The notes below the pieces were generated by a model. It was not told the origin of the DNA. It worked only from the letters and a program-made list of their open reading frames with translations, and did not search any database. A DNA stretch of 64,000 nt. It comes from Nitrospinales bacterium. GTDB taxonomy: Bacteria; Nitrospinota; Nitrospinia; Nitrospinales; VA-1. The stretch lies in the NCBI GenBank assembly GCA_965223345.1, contig CBDCWG010000012.1, forward strand, positions 608,001 through 672,000, written 5' to 3'. Made by a program: the position numbers and the translations under genes. Positions within the stretch are counted from its first letter, which is position 1, and the number at the start of each line of letters is the position of its first letter. This document shows positions 11,267 to 21,083 of this stretch, one piece after another.

Positions 11267-12130
11267 CTAAGTTAGAGTTTCGACTTTTTGAGGTTGAATG
11301 GCTTCCGGAGCCGGAGGCCGATACCCCAAGGCGCTATGCGGTCGAAACCGGTTATATTCTATACGCCAACGCTCGATGAGGACCTGATCTTCCAGAAGCG
11401 TGTTGAAGATTTCTCCATTTAAAAGCTCATCTCTGAACTTTCCATTGAACGATTCATTGTAGCCATTCTCCCAGGGGCTGCCTGGTTCGATAAATAATGT
11501 TTGAACGCCCAGTTCTTCCAGCCAGGACCGAATCACCTTGGCGGTGAACTCGGGTCCGTTGTCCGAACGGATGAAACCCGGCAATCCGCGATAGATGAAC
11601 AGAAGCCCCAACTGTTCCAGGACATCTTGAGACCGTAGCCTCCGAGCCACTTTTAAAGCCAGGCATTCTCGAGTGTACTCATCGATCAAGATCAATATTC
11701 TAATTGGTCGACCATCATGTGTGCGGGTGGCGACAAAATCATAGCTCCATACATGATCCTTGAACTGCGGCCGAAGACGGATGCAAGAACCATCGTTCAA
11801 CCATAACCTGCCTCTCTTTGGCTGTTTTTGTGGAACCTTTAGTCCTTCTCGCCTCTAGAGACGTTCTATCCGTTTGTGATTCACATCCCAGCCTTCCCGA
11901 TTCAACAGAGCCGTGATTCGTCTGTACCCATACCGGCCATACTGAGTGGCCAACTCGGTCATTCGTTTTATCAACCGCTTTTCCTTGTCCGATACAACCG
12001 GTCGATACCGTTGCGTGGATCGCGCTTGACCAAGAACCCGGCAAGCTCTCCGCTCAGAAACACCCAACTCCTTAAGAACGTGCTCCAAAGCCTGCCTTCG
12101 TTTCGCCGGGCTTAATACTTCCCCCCGGCG
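11267..12130 (-). pseudogene. IS3 transposase OrfB (DDE integrase core) interrupted by an in-frame TAG
   Basis: YGYRRI..NHKRIERL*RREGL, stop at 11855-11857 where Trp is expected; the same frame continues to WSYDF, IRSDNGPEF and NGYNESFNG. 5' boundary is approximate. Confidence 0.85.
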
Positions 12131-12390
12131 ACCTCTTTCAAAATCGCTTTGTCCAAAGATAAATCCGCTACCAGCTTCTTCAACTGAGCGTTTTCCTTCT
12201 CCAAATCTTTCAACCGCTTCACCTGGTCCACGCTCAAACCGCCGTATTCTCTCCTCCACCGGTAGTAGGTCTGTTCAGATACACCGATCTTACGGCATAC
12301 CTGACCCACAGTATCTCCTTTAGCTAAAAGAACTTCTGCTTGCCGTAAATGCCCAATGATCTGCCCAGGTTGAAATACTTTCCTACTCAT
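12112..12390 (-). CDS. IS3 transposase OrfA (HTH)
   Basis: CRKIGVSEQTYYRWRREYGG..RLK.LEKEN..LKKLVADL motif. Confidence 0.88.
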   Translation of the reverse strand: MSRKVFQPGQIIGHLRQAEVLLAKGDTVGQVCRKIGVSEQTYYRWRREYGGLSVDQVKRLKDLEKENAQLKKLVADLSLDKAILKEVAGGKY

Positions 12391-12605
12391 ATCCGCCTCC
12401 CATGCATCAAGATTTAGATCCAAATCCTAACACAACATCTGGACCCGTTTATTGGGGGCAGGTCAGTGTTACACATAAATATCTTTGATAATTTGTTCAA
12501 TCATGCAGCATTACCTCCAATCACAAAAGGAATTTTTCACTGTTTTATAATTGATGTCGTAATTTAGCACAACCAAATCTCTTCGAGATCTCATTCATCA
12601 AGTAA

Positions 12606-13163
12606 TTATTTTCCAAACATATCATTCAGCTTAGTAAATTTTTCTAATAGTTTCTTATTTTCATCAGAAGAAAGGACCTTACTTTCCGAATACAAACTTA
12701 AACCAGCTCCGGCTCTAACCAGTCGCACTGATCCCGTAGCATTACTAATGAGGTTGAGTCCAATCTGGGCTGCCTTCAAAGCTTGGTCTGTTGTTAATTC
12801 TCTAATGTCTAATTTTCTTAACTTTTCTACACATTTATCCAATAGAAGATTTGCTGAAATAGAAATTTTTTCCCGGAACTCAGTTTCATAAAAATCTGCC
12901 TCATTGAATTCATCGTCTTTTGTCTCAACCTCGGCTTCTTCTTCGTTATCTCCAAATGCATTCCAATTCTTTTTTTCTGCAAGGAGCATCAATTTCTCGG
13001 GGCTATATTTATGCTTTTTGGCCATATCATTTATGATTAACTGATTTATTGTTTTTTCATCCACCATGGAATTGAATTCTTCCTCCAATTCTTTCAACTT
13101 TTCTTTGGTAATTTTCATCTCATCACCTCTTAATTGACTTTGGTTAATATATTTCCTCTTCAT
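12606..13163 (-). CDS. Hypothetical protein (island, phage-satellite-like)
   Basis: 185-aa ORF in AT-rich DNA, co-oriented downstream of the repressor. Confidence 0.6.
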   Translation of the reverse strand: MKRKYINQSQLRGDEMKITKEKLKELEEEFNSMVDEKTINQLIINDMAKKHKYSPEKLMLLAEKKNWNAFGDNEEEAEVETKDDEFNEADFYETEFREKISISANLLLDKCVEKLRKLDIRELTTDQALKAAQIGLNLISNATGSVRLVRAGAGLSLYSESKVLSSDENKKLLEKFTKLNDMFGK

Positions 13164-13259
13164 GCGGATTCCATCAATACCGAAATCAGCATATCGAGGA
13201 GCGACCTTTTATTCACACATTCTGCAGCGGGACATCATCCACGTTGCCAAAAGTTAAAT

Positions 13260-13919
13260 TCAATGTGATTTGATAACTCCTATCACTCTCCCCACCAATG
13301 GATCGGGGCTTTTATTTAAATCAATACTCTCGATTGCATCTCCCAGCTTAATGGGAGCTAGCATCAAATATGGATGATCTAAATAAACCTGCCTGACACT
13401 CAATGATTGATGCGTGCGAATGGCATATAAGTGTTCTTTATGAACCTCCCTTTCGCCACAGGCCACGATGATGATGTCTTCATTTTCAGCAAAAGGGGAG
13501 TACTCAACGCCCTCAACCCTAAAAGCCCGTATCGGCCCATGAAAGTTTTTCCAAATTTCCTTTTGTATGACCATATAGGGTTCGGTCCCACCCCCAGAGA
13601 ATTGAAGAGACGATTTAGGTTCGAATCCAAGACGAACATCGAATAGATCCACTCGCTCCAATTCAATAGATTGATCATTCTCCTGCACATCCCAGCCGGG
13701 TCGAATCAATGGCTCACCTTCCCCCGTTGCCAGCCAGTGATAGTTGATCGATTCTTGAGTACAAAATACTTTCAATTTGTCTACCGGAATGCTGTTTGTT
13801 CTCTTTCTGGCCGTGAGCGCCTTTTGACTAAACCCTAATAAATCAGCAATTTGACTGTCAAAACGCAATGATTTGACTTGTTTGATCCGCTCAATAATCG
13901 AATGAAAATCTCGTCCCAT
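13260..13919 (-). CDS. CI-like repressor: HTH plus degenerate S24 domain
   Basis: N-terminal phage CI-type HTH ending in WLATGEG; C-terminal S24-like fold (FRVEG..P..D.IIV..VGRVI). Confidence 0.8.
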   Translation of the reverse strand: MGRDFHSIIERIKQVKSLRFDSQIADLLGFSQKALTARKRTNSIPVDKLKVFCTQESINYHWLATGEGEPLIRPGWDVQENDQSIELERVDLFDVRLGFEPKSSLQFSGGGTEPYMVIQKEIWKNFHGPIRAFRVEGVEYSPFAENEDIIIVACGEREVHKEHLYAIRTHQSLSVRQVYLDHPYLMLAPIKLGDAIESIDLNKSPDPLVGRVIGVIKSH

Positions 13920-14132
13920 GGCTCGATTCCCCCTGCAAAATGATATAAAAACAGCATAATAAAAAAATTAAGGATAGTAAAGTAGTTTTTCTTCGTTAGA
14001 TTCCTCTTTTCCACTGAGAGATCGCATTGGGGAATCAAGTTTGATGAGTCCAGAAACCCACAAACTCACCAACTAATTGTTTTTTAATAGATTAACTCAA
14101 ATTAACCGCAAGTCAAAGATGGAGGATATCCA

Positions 14133-14468
14133 ATGATTGACCAGGAAAAGGAATTGAAAATTATAGAACTACGGGCAATGGGATGGAGTTGTGACAAAAT
14201 AGCCAAAGAACTTGGGGTGAGCAAGCGCACCGTATTGAAGTACAACAAGAAAAATGCAGAAAGCATTTCTAATAGGAAGAAGCTGTTAGTGGAAGAGACG
14301 CTTGAGGAATTTCACCTTTCAAAACTTAAAAGAATTAAATTGTTAGGGATGAGATTGAATGATGTGTCCAAAGAGCTTGATGATCGGGATTTGAAAACGT
14401 TCACAACGGCTCAGTTGGTAAATTTAGAAACCAGGTATCTTAAATTAGGAAGAGAACTCGAAGTGTAA
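14133..14468 (+). CDS. Small HTH DNA-binding protein, divergent from the repressor
   Basis: IELRAMGWSCDKIAKELGVSKRTV HTH; GGAGG ribosome-binding site. Confidence 0.8.
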   Translation: MIDQEKELKIIELRAMGWSCDKIAKELGVSKRTVLKYNKKNAESISNRKKLLVEETLEEFHLSKLKRIKLLGMRLNDVSKELDDRDLKTFTTAQLVNLETRYLKLGRELEV

Positions 14469-14973
14469 GGCTGGTTCATTGGAAAAAATTAATTAATAAT
14501 TTTCCAATGGAACGAATATTTAGAAATTGAACGGGGAACTATTTTCAGTTTTTACATAAAAGAAGTGGTTTCCTAATTTCACACCAAAGCCATACTTAAA
14601 TAAGCTGAAAACCGAAAAGTGCACCAAAACTTCACCAAAATTTCACCCCCCAGAAACAACCAGGTTTAGGATCAAACCCTCAGATCATAATGGATTTTTA
14701 TAGTTTTTAGCGTCATCCCACACCGCCCACCCATTAGCCCAAACTGGCAACTTTCTCACGACGGTCGAACGCCAACTCCTTACTTATCAGATAGTTAATT
14801 GGATTATTTTGCTACCCGAGAGTGCTACCCGAAGGACAAATCTAAGGAAGGTAAATTCTAGATGGTTGAAAAGATGGAGCCAGCCAAGTTTCTTGCAGGA
14901 GACATGGTTTATCTGGTTGATTTCTATGCTTAAAATCGGTTAAATAGCAGCTTCATCCTGCCTGCCACACAAG

Positions 14974-15048
<75 letters not shown>

Positions 15049-15303
15049 TTAAATCAATTGCTTGCACGCCGCCTCCCCAGTTTACTTTTGATTAATAAGG
15101 CCATAATAGGTTTGTTCGCTTGCCTTGCTATCGCGATTTGTGGGAACTTCGGAAAGGCGATCCCGCAGAAAAGAAGTTTTAATTTTCCGCTTTTTAAAAC
15201 GCAAACCTTTACTCCTTTCCCACCATTTATACGGGCTTTGATTCCAAAGGTCCCCTATTCCTAAATCTCTCTGCGCCCAAGTCTTTGCCTGGACAGCTGA
15301 GAA

Positions 15304-15624
15304 ATGCCTTTGCTTGATCGAGTTGCGCCGGACGTTGTCAGAGCTATCGGATCGTGCAGCGTGTTTTTATCCGCCGAGGTCCTGGACCATTCGGCTTTCG
15401 ACACAACCGGCGACGGCAAGCCCGACCAGTGGCAATATCTGGATCCTTCGCAAAAGCTCATCAAGGTGGAATACGACACCAACAAGGACGGCAAGGCGGA
15501 CCGTTGGGAGCATTTCAACGCTTCCGGGAAAGTGTCCAAGGTCGAGCTCGACCGCAACTTCGACGGGCAAGTGGACATGACGCAAAAGAAGGAAAATTCC
15601 CATTTCCTATTTTTTGGGTATTGA
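15304..15624 (+). pseudogene. Fragment of a DxNxDGKxD-repeat protein
   Basis: Three repeats (DTTGDGKPDQWQY, DTNKDGKADRWEH, DRNFDGQVD) in a GC-rich patch that changes abruptly to AT-rich sequence; no signal peptide or clear RBS. Confidence 0.55.
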
Positions 15625-16073
15625 TTGGTGGATGGATTTTGAATCGAAAACAAAAAAAGAAAGCTCAACGCCTGAGATTAAAGAGTGAAAATGAAAAACC
15701 GGATTGTCTTCCTTTTAATTTTTTTACACATATCAACCAGTGGTACATTTTGTCATCCTCCCTAAAAGTCTCTTCCCTCGCACATCCCACTATGCACCAA
15801 CAATATAGGAAGGATTGTGAAAAGGAAGGGCACCGATATGGGTCCAAACTCCATACAGAATGCATAAATAAACGATTGAATTACAAAGAAGATATAAAAA
15901 ATGGCGCAAGGAAAAGATGAAAAATAAAAAGGAAGAAAAGGAAAACCAACCATTGCCTTAAACCAGCGTGAATGCTGCTTTTTTTGTTTTAGGCTTGCCT
16001 CAGGATCGATTGACTCCGAGGCTATTGCAAAAGGCGAGTCTGAGTTGATGTTTTTCTACTCATCCTGTCTCAC

Positions 16074-17546
16074 TTAGATTTTTCCGTCGATGTTCAAAAA
16101 CCCGATGTGGTCCCTGGATTTTTTGCTGTCCGGCCAGAACCGCCGATTGTGGTAAGGAAAGAAGGCGATCTGTTCGGGGTCGCCCTCATCGGGTTTGAGT
16201 TCCAGCGTGTAGCCGAAGATGCGATAACTCCCCTCTCCCCGGCTGCTGCCGCCGCTGTTGCCGATGCCTGCTGGCGCACGGGTGACGACGCCCGAGGATG
16301 CCGAGGTGCTGTAGCGCCCGTTCTTCGCCAGCTTGAGGGTCTTCGACTTGATCGCCACGACGCCGACGCCCACAGCGCCGCCGCTTCGCTTGAAAACCCC
16401 TTCCAGCCGGGTGCCATCGGGCAATGGCGGCACATAATGATACGGCTTGCCTTTGACGTCGATGCGTTTGCCGTTTTTCTTCAGCGTGTTTTTATCCAGG
16501 TATTGGAATGCGTCATCGAAATAGCCGCTCACAGTGAGCGCGTTCAGGTGGTATTTGGGGGTTTCTGCGTACACGATCTTGCTGTTGTCGTTGAGCAGCA
16601 ACGGTATTGCATCCGATTTGGCGGGTGTGGGTTGCGTTTCTTCCGCTGCGAAATACGCAGGGTATGTTGCCTTCGCCTCCCGGTACAACTCGGGATGTTC
16701 TTTCCGAAATGGCCGGGCCTTGTTTTTCAAAAAACCGGGAAGGTTCCGGCAAAACGCGGGATCTTCCTTTAAAAGTTGTCGGGAAAAAACGGGAATGAGC
16801 GGCTTCAGCTTTTCGATGTTTTGCGGCAACTCCCCTTCCACCAGCCCGGTCATCGCAGGCAATGCGTTGTCCTTTGAATATTTCTTCCAGGCCCTGTCGT
16901 TTGCCGATCGGGTTTTGCGGGACACTTTTTCACATTGCGTCACCGCTTCGCGAAACACCGACGCCGTCGTGTAAATATCGATGATTTTCCTCTGCGATTC
17001 ACCGCTCAAACCAACACCGGCCGGCTTGGGTGCCCGCTCGGCGGCAGGTGGGGCTTTCAATGCGGGCGCCGTCGCGCCGGCCTGTGGCAGCAGGGCGTCG
17101 AAGGTCGATCCCAAATGAGAGGATCCGGTTTTTTTCACATAACTGTCCAGCAACAGGGGCAGCGCCGAACAGGCCTGTGGATTTTTTTTGAATTTGGCAC
17201 GCATCTTGGGAATGCCGATCTTCTGCCCCCGATCCTTGATCACAGCCAACAGCGGCATCTGTTCCTGCGATTTTAAGAAATGATCTTCGATGCGTTCGAG
17301 CTCTTGTTTCTTGACGAACTCCTGCATCACCACTTTGTTGACCGCCGCCCGCTCCGGCGCCACTTCGTCGCACAAAGAATGTATGGACCGCAGTGCGAGC
17401 ACATGCGCGTACAGTTTTTCCAGGCTCATGGCCGCATTGCCGGCTTCCTTGGCAAATGCAGGCGCGGCCGGCAACAGAAGCACGGCGGTCAGCAGGACGC
17501 CGCATCTTGGGATGCTCAATAATGTTTTGTTCTGGTTGATCTTCAT
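16074..17546 (-). CDS. Exported hypothetical protein with two related Cys-pair helical domains and a beta-rich C-terminal domain
   Basis: Signal peptide ending APAFA; internal repeat C.EV..N..NPQACSALP / C.KV..N..DPAFCRNLP. Confidence 0.75.
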   Translation of the reverse strand: MKINQNKTLLSIPRCGVLLTAVLLLPAAPAFAKEAGNAAMSLEKLYAHVLALRSIHSLCDEVAPERAAVNKVVMQEFVKKQELERIEDHFLKSQEQMPLLAVIKDRGQKIGIPKMRAKFKKNPQACSALPLLLDSYVKKTGSSHLGSTFDALLPQAGATAPALKAPPAAERAPKPAGVGLSGESQRKIIDIYTTASVFREAVTQCEKVSRKTRSANDRAWKKYSKDNALPAMTGLVEGELPQNIEKLKPLIPVFSRQLLKEDPAFCRNLPGFLKNKARPFRKEHPELYREAKATYPAYFAAEETQPTPAKSDAIPLLLNDNSKIVYAETPKYHLNALTVSGYFDDAFQYLDKNTLKKNGKRIDVKGKPYHYVPPLPDGTRLEGVFKRSGGAVGVGVVAIKSKTLKLAKNGRYSTSASSGVVTRAPAGIGNSGGSSRGEGSYRIFGYTLELKPDEGDPEQIAFFPYHNRRFWPDSKKSRDHIGFLNIDGKI

Positions 17547-17738
17547 GGCTGTTTCACTCGTGAGCGGTCTGCAATAGGAGGGAGCGGCGACACCGGCCCG
17601 CGTCTCCCTCAAACGGTGATAAGAAATTGTTCTCTATCAACGCAGCAAACCATCTCGGTCGAAGAATAAAAATAAGACAGGTCACAAAATCCTGTGACCT
17701 GCGCAACCCGCCTTTTTCTTTCATTGGAGACCCACATC

Positions 17739-18137
17739 ATGAATTCCCTCTTCACGCGTTTGAACCAGCTCATCGAAGCGGCCTGCAATTTCGCCTTCTA
17801 CCTCTTCGCGTTTCTGATCGTCCTGTTGCCGCCGCTTGTGAGCATCAACAACGGGCTGTCCGGCCGCACGGGTTTCCTTTGGGTGCTCGCCGCGCTTGCC
17901 TTCGCCATCGTCGCACCGGTTGCCGTGCAGCTTCTGGGAGAATCGTTCATGGATGTTGTGAAAAAAATACGGAAGGGAGAGTTGCTGAAGGAATTCCTAA
18001 AACCATTCCGAAACGTGGCGGCGGTGTTGGGGATCTACGGAGCCTTCAAAGTGGAATACGCACAGGTGCACGGGATCGAGGAGGTGGAGTTCGGGGCGCT
18101 GATGGATTTTCTCTGGAAATTTCTGACCGCGTTTTAA
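17739..18137 (+). CDS. Hypothetical membrane protein
   Basis: GGAG RBS; 2-3 hydrophobic segments. Confidence 0.7.
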   Translation: MNSLFTRLNQLIEAACNFAFYLFAFLIVLLPPLVSINNGLSGRTGFLWVLAALAFAIVAPVAVQLLGESFMDVVKKIRKGELLKEFLKPFRNVAAVLGIYGAFKVEYAQVHGIEEVEFGALMDFLWKFLTAF

Positions 18138-18364
18138 AAAGAGCCCAATCACATTGCCTCCCTCCTTCGCTCCTGGCCTGGAGTTGGGCTTTGTTTGAAG
18201 CGTCCTCCCGGCCCCACGCGCGGCCGAAATCTTCTCAGCAATCTGTATGAAAAATTGCTACTTGCTTTGCAATCGGCTCCCTTCAAACCCAACGCGCGCT
18301 CACCCCTGCTTGTAAAGAAGAGGGAAATTCAATCGTTTTTCCAACCCAATCTTCGGCTGCTTGC

Positions 18365-18380
18365 TGGCATGCAAAATGCT
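18365..18380 (+). promoter_or_regulatory. Putative sigma54 promoter
   Basis: TGGCATGCAAAATGCT (GG-N10-GC). The predicted start near 18391 coincides with the 5' end of a perfect 10-bp stem. Confidence 0.65.
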
Positions 18381-18389
18381 TGAAGAATA

Positions 18390-18584
18390 GGCAGAAGGAT
18401 TCACCGGCCGCCTGGAAATCTTCCGGTCCGGTTCCGGACTGCGTTCCTTCTGCCAAGGTGAACGTCCTTACCAGACGTGGGTTCAATTCCCATACGGATC
18501 CTTTCCGGGAGACCAGCGGTTTCCGCACCAACGCAACGGCCCTGCGGGTTCAGACCCCCGCTGTTTCGCTGGGGGCTCCCGGAA
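18390..18584 (+). ncRNA. Putative structured RNA(s) with tRNA-like T arms upstream of the SPFH gene
   Basis: Stems 18390-18399/18445-18454 and 18503-18518/18567-18584; GTGGG-TTCAATT-CCCAT; GCGGG-TTCAGACC-CCCGC; ACGTC-CTTACCA-GACGT. Confidence 0.55.
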
Positions 18585-18612
18585 TCGATTCGATCTATCA
18601 AGAGGAGGTGCC

Positions 18613-19368
18613 ATGGGTTTTTGGGAAATTCTCATTGTTTTTTTGCTGACACTGATCGAGCTCTGGCTGCTCTTGAAGTGGATACGCCCGGTGATCGTGC
18701 AGGAATACCAGGTGGGCCTGAGGTACAAAGCCGGCCGGTTCGTGAAAATGCTGCCGCCCGGCATGTACTGGATCAACGCCTTCAACAGCCGAGTGGTCCG
18801 TATCGACAAACAAATCCGCACGGAAACCGTTCCGGGGCAGGAAGTTCTCAGCCTCGATCAGATCGGGCTGAAAGTGAGCTTGAGCATCCGCTACGAAGTG
18901 GAGGACCCGGTCCTCGCCACCCACAGCACCGAGTCCTATGTGACCGATCTGTACCAGAGTGTGCAGATCGCCCTGCGGGTGCTCGTCGGCGCGCAGAACA
19001 TCGAGGCGTTGATGGCCCAGCGCAACGCCGTCGGCGAAGCATTGATGGAAAGGTGCGCTCCGGAAGCGGAGAAAATCGGATTGAAACTGCACCGTGTGGA
19101 AGTGAAGGACATCATGTTTCCGGGCGAGCTGAAAAAAATCTTCGCCGAAGAGATCAAGGCGAAAAAAGAAGGACAGGCCGCACTCGAAAGGGCGCGCGGT
19201 GAATCCGCGGCGCTTCGCAACCTCGCCAACGCCGCCAAGATGCTGGAGAACAATCCGGCTTTGCGGGAGCTGCGCCTGCTGCAGGCTCTTGCCAGCGCGG
19301 GAGAGAAGAGCAACAACGTGATCGTCACCCAGCTCGCCCAGTCCCTGGGCGGCAACGGCAAGAAATGA
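18613..19368 (+). CDS. SPFH/band-7 (slipin) family membrane protein
   Basis: N-terminal TM; V.EYQ.GL.Y..GRF..L.PG; QEVLS.D; C-terminal ALERARGESAALRNLANAAKMLENNPAL; GAGGAGG RBS. Confidence 0.92.
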   Translation: MGFWEILIVFLLTLIELWLLLKWIRPVIVQEYQVGLRYKAGRFVKMLPPGMYWINAFNSRVVRIDKQIRTETVPGQEVLSLDQIGLKVSLSIRYEVEDPVLATHSTESYVTDLYQSVQIALRVLVGAQNIEALMAQRNAVGEALMERCAPEAEKIGLKLHRVEVKDIMFPGELKKIFAEEIKAKKEGQAALERARGESAALRNLANAAKMLENNPALRELRLLQALASAGEKSNNVIVTQLAQSLGGNGKK

Positions 19369-19934
19369 GAGTGAGCGTGATGGTCCCTATCTCCAAATAC
19401 GGAGTTTGCCTGTTTGTATTGCTTGCGGCCTCCGTTGCGCTGGCTGAAGAAAACACTCTGAGACATTACCCGCTTCCGGGGCATGGCGCGTTGCAGATCT
19501 CCACGCCCGGTGCGTGGCAGGAAAAGGTGCAGCGACGGCCCAATCCGCTGCCGCCCACCATCGTGTTCACACCCGAGTCCGGTTCCTCTTATCAGATACT
19601 CCTGACGCCTATGTATCCTTTGCGCGAAGAGATTTCTTTGCCCACACCGGCCCAGTTGCGGAACAATGTCGAACGGGAAGCGAAACGGGTGCAAGAACAG
19701 GCGCTGGAGAAAACCATTCCCGTGCAAGAGCTGAAAGGCGCCGATACCATCGGTTACTACTACCGTGTGACCGACAAGTCTTCCCAGGCGAGCGAATACA
19801 AATACATGACCCAGGGCGCGCTGCTATTGAAAAAAAGCACTCTCCTTTTCACGATACTCACCAACGATGGCGCCGATGGGATTGAGGGCGAGGCCATGAC
19901 GATGCTGAAGAATGCCGCTCAGGTTGAGGACTGA
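19365..19934 (+). CDS. Exported hypothetical protein
   Basis: ATGA overlap with the SPFH gene; signal peptide ending VALA. Confidence 0.75.
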   Translation: MRVSVMVPISKYGVCLFVLLAASVALAEENTLRHYPLPGHGALQISTPGAWQEKVQRRPNPLPPTIVFTPESGSSYQILLTPMYPLREEISLPTPAQLRNNVEREAKRVQEQALEKTIPVQELKGADTIGYYYRVTDKSSQASEYKYMTQGALLLKKSTLLFTILTNDGADGIEGEAMTMLKNAAQVED

Positions 19935-20042
19935 CCGCGCTATCAATATCAATTCGAATTGTTGACCGATGATCGATGCTCTCTTCGCTGTGATAATGAC
20001 GATCACAGATCGAATATTTAAAGGAGCGGATCGTTCAATTTC

Positions 20043-20702
20043 ATGAAAGCATTCATTCAAAGACAGGCAGAGACCAACCCCATGCTCATGCCCATTTTGG
20101 GAAAGTCAAAGGGATGGACGTGGTTTTGGCTGGTTTACTTCTCGTTTACCGGCATATTCTTGTTGATATTCTTTTCGGAAGTATTTCTATTCTATTTCAC
20201 AGGAACCAATTTATTCTTCGAACATTTATTCGATGGGCATAACCCAGATAAAAGGATAAATACTCTTGGAGACTGGGTTAGGGTGGTTATCCTTTTCTTT
20301 TACCTTTTTAGTACATTGATTTTCATGATGCAGGTAATGGAGTCCTGGGGGAAATTATGCAAAGAAGGAAAATGGAAGCCCAGGTTTGAATCGTTGTGTT
20401 TTGATATCCAGTGGCATAATTGGGCAAGCCCGTTAGTATCATTTCTTCTTGCAATCTTATTTTTGTTTACCTTCTTTCCCTTGGTCATAAAAGGCTTGAA
20501 GTTCATTCCTTCTGACTGGGAAATTAATGAAACGTATTTGCGGATAGGCATATTCGTTGCCTTCATTTTTGGGATAGGCAAGTTGGGTCAATGGATGACT
20601 CTTTGGATTGACAGACAAAAACCCGCACTCATCTACACGGCTCTTGGAGTGGTGTTTTTCCTTTTTTTTGGTTGGTTCGTCCGTCTTGTGAATGGCAGCT
20701 AG
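20043..20702 (+). CDS. Hypothetical polytopic membrane protein (AT-rich)
   Basis: About 5 hydrophobic segments. Confidence 0.7.
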   Translation: MKAFIQRQAETNPMLMPILGKSKGWTWFWLVYFSFTGIFLLIFFSEVFLFYFTGTNLFFEHLFDGHNPDKRINTLGDWVRVVILFFYLFSTLIFMMQVMESWGKLCKEGKWKPRFESLCFDIQWHNWASPLVSFLLAILFLFTFFPLVIKGLKFIPSDWEINETYLRIGIFVAFIFGIGKLGQWMTLWIDRQKPALIYTALGVVFFLFFGWFVRLVNGS

Positions 20703-20725
20703 GGTCAGGGCAAGGGGAGAGGCGT

Positions 20726-21043
20726 GTGAAACGAAGAATTTCCTGGTTACTCGGAGGTCTTGCCTATGTGGGTCCTCCAACATGGGCCTACTTCGAACAG
20801 GTAGCGGTCTATGAAAGGCTCAGTGCCCAGTACGGCTATGTGTGTGGGCTGGCATGGTTGGGAATCATTCTTATCGGGTGCTTCGCAGCGGCGCTGTTGT
20901 CAGGAACCGCTCTGTGGCTTGGCTGGCTCGCCTATCGAGCTTTACCGCACCCACGCCCGCGTTTGCGGATCGCGAAACTCACCCTCATCGCAGTTCCGCT
21001 GATACTTCCCGTCGCATTCGTTGTGTCGCTGTACAGCGCTTAA
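20726..21043 (+). CDS. Hypothetical membrane protein
   Basis: GTG start after GGAGAGG; hydrophobic segments; YVCGL motif. Confidence 0.6.
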   Translation: MKRRISWLLGGLAYVGPPTWAYFEQVAVYERLSAQYGYVCGLAWLGIILIGCFAAALLSGTALWLGWLAYRALPHPRPRLRIAKLTLIAVPLILPVAFVVSLYSA

Positions 21044-21083
21044 ATCCTTCGTTGTCCGAAAAGCCTTGCGGTGGGTTCCCCTG

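Larger units (their letters stand above)
11238..12465 (-). mobile_element. IS3-family insertion sequence (probably IS407 group), 1228 bp, with 4-bp target duplication GTGT
   Basis: Ends TGACCTGCCCC (11238) and GGGGCAGGTCA (12465); GTGT at 11234-11237 and 12466-12469; orfA/orfB layout. Confidence 0.92.
1..14970. mobile_element. AT-rich genomic island (left boundary lies outside the window)
   Basis: Sharp compositional contrast with the backbone; integrase, IS, CI-like pair and long non-coding tracts; ends at a tRNA. Confidence 0.8.

Noticed and set aside
10805..11379. Short ORFs 10805-10987 and 11137-11379
   Set aside because: No recognisable motifs or RBS; the second runs antisense into the IS end.
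18430..18505. A functional tRNA-Val(TAC)
   Set aside because: Anticodon and T stems overlap, the acceptor stem is mismatched, and there is no proper D arm or CCA. Kept only as tRNA-like.
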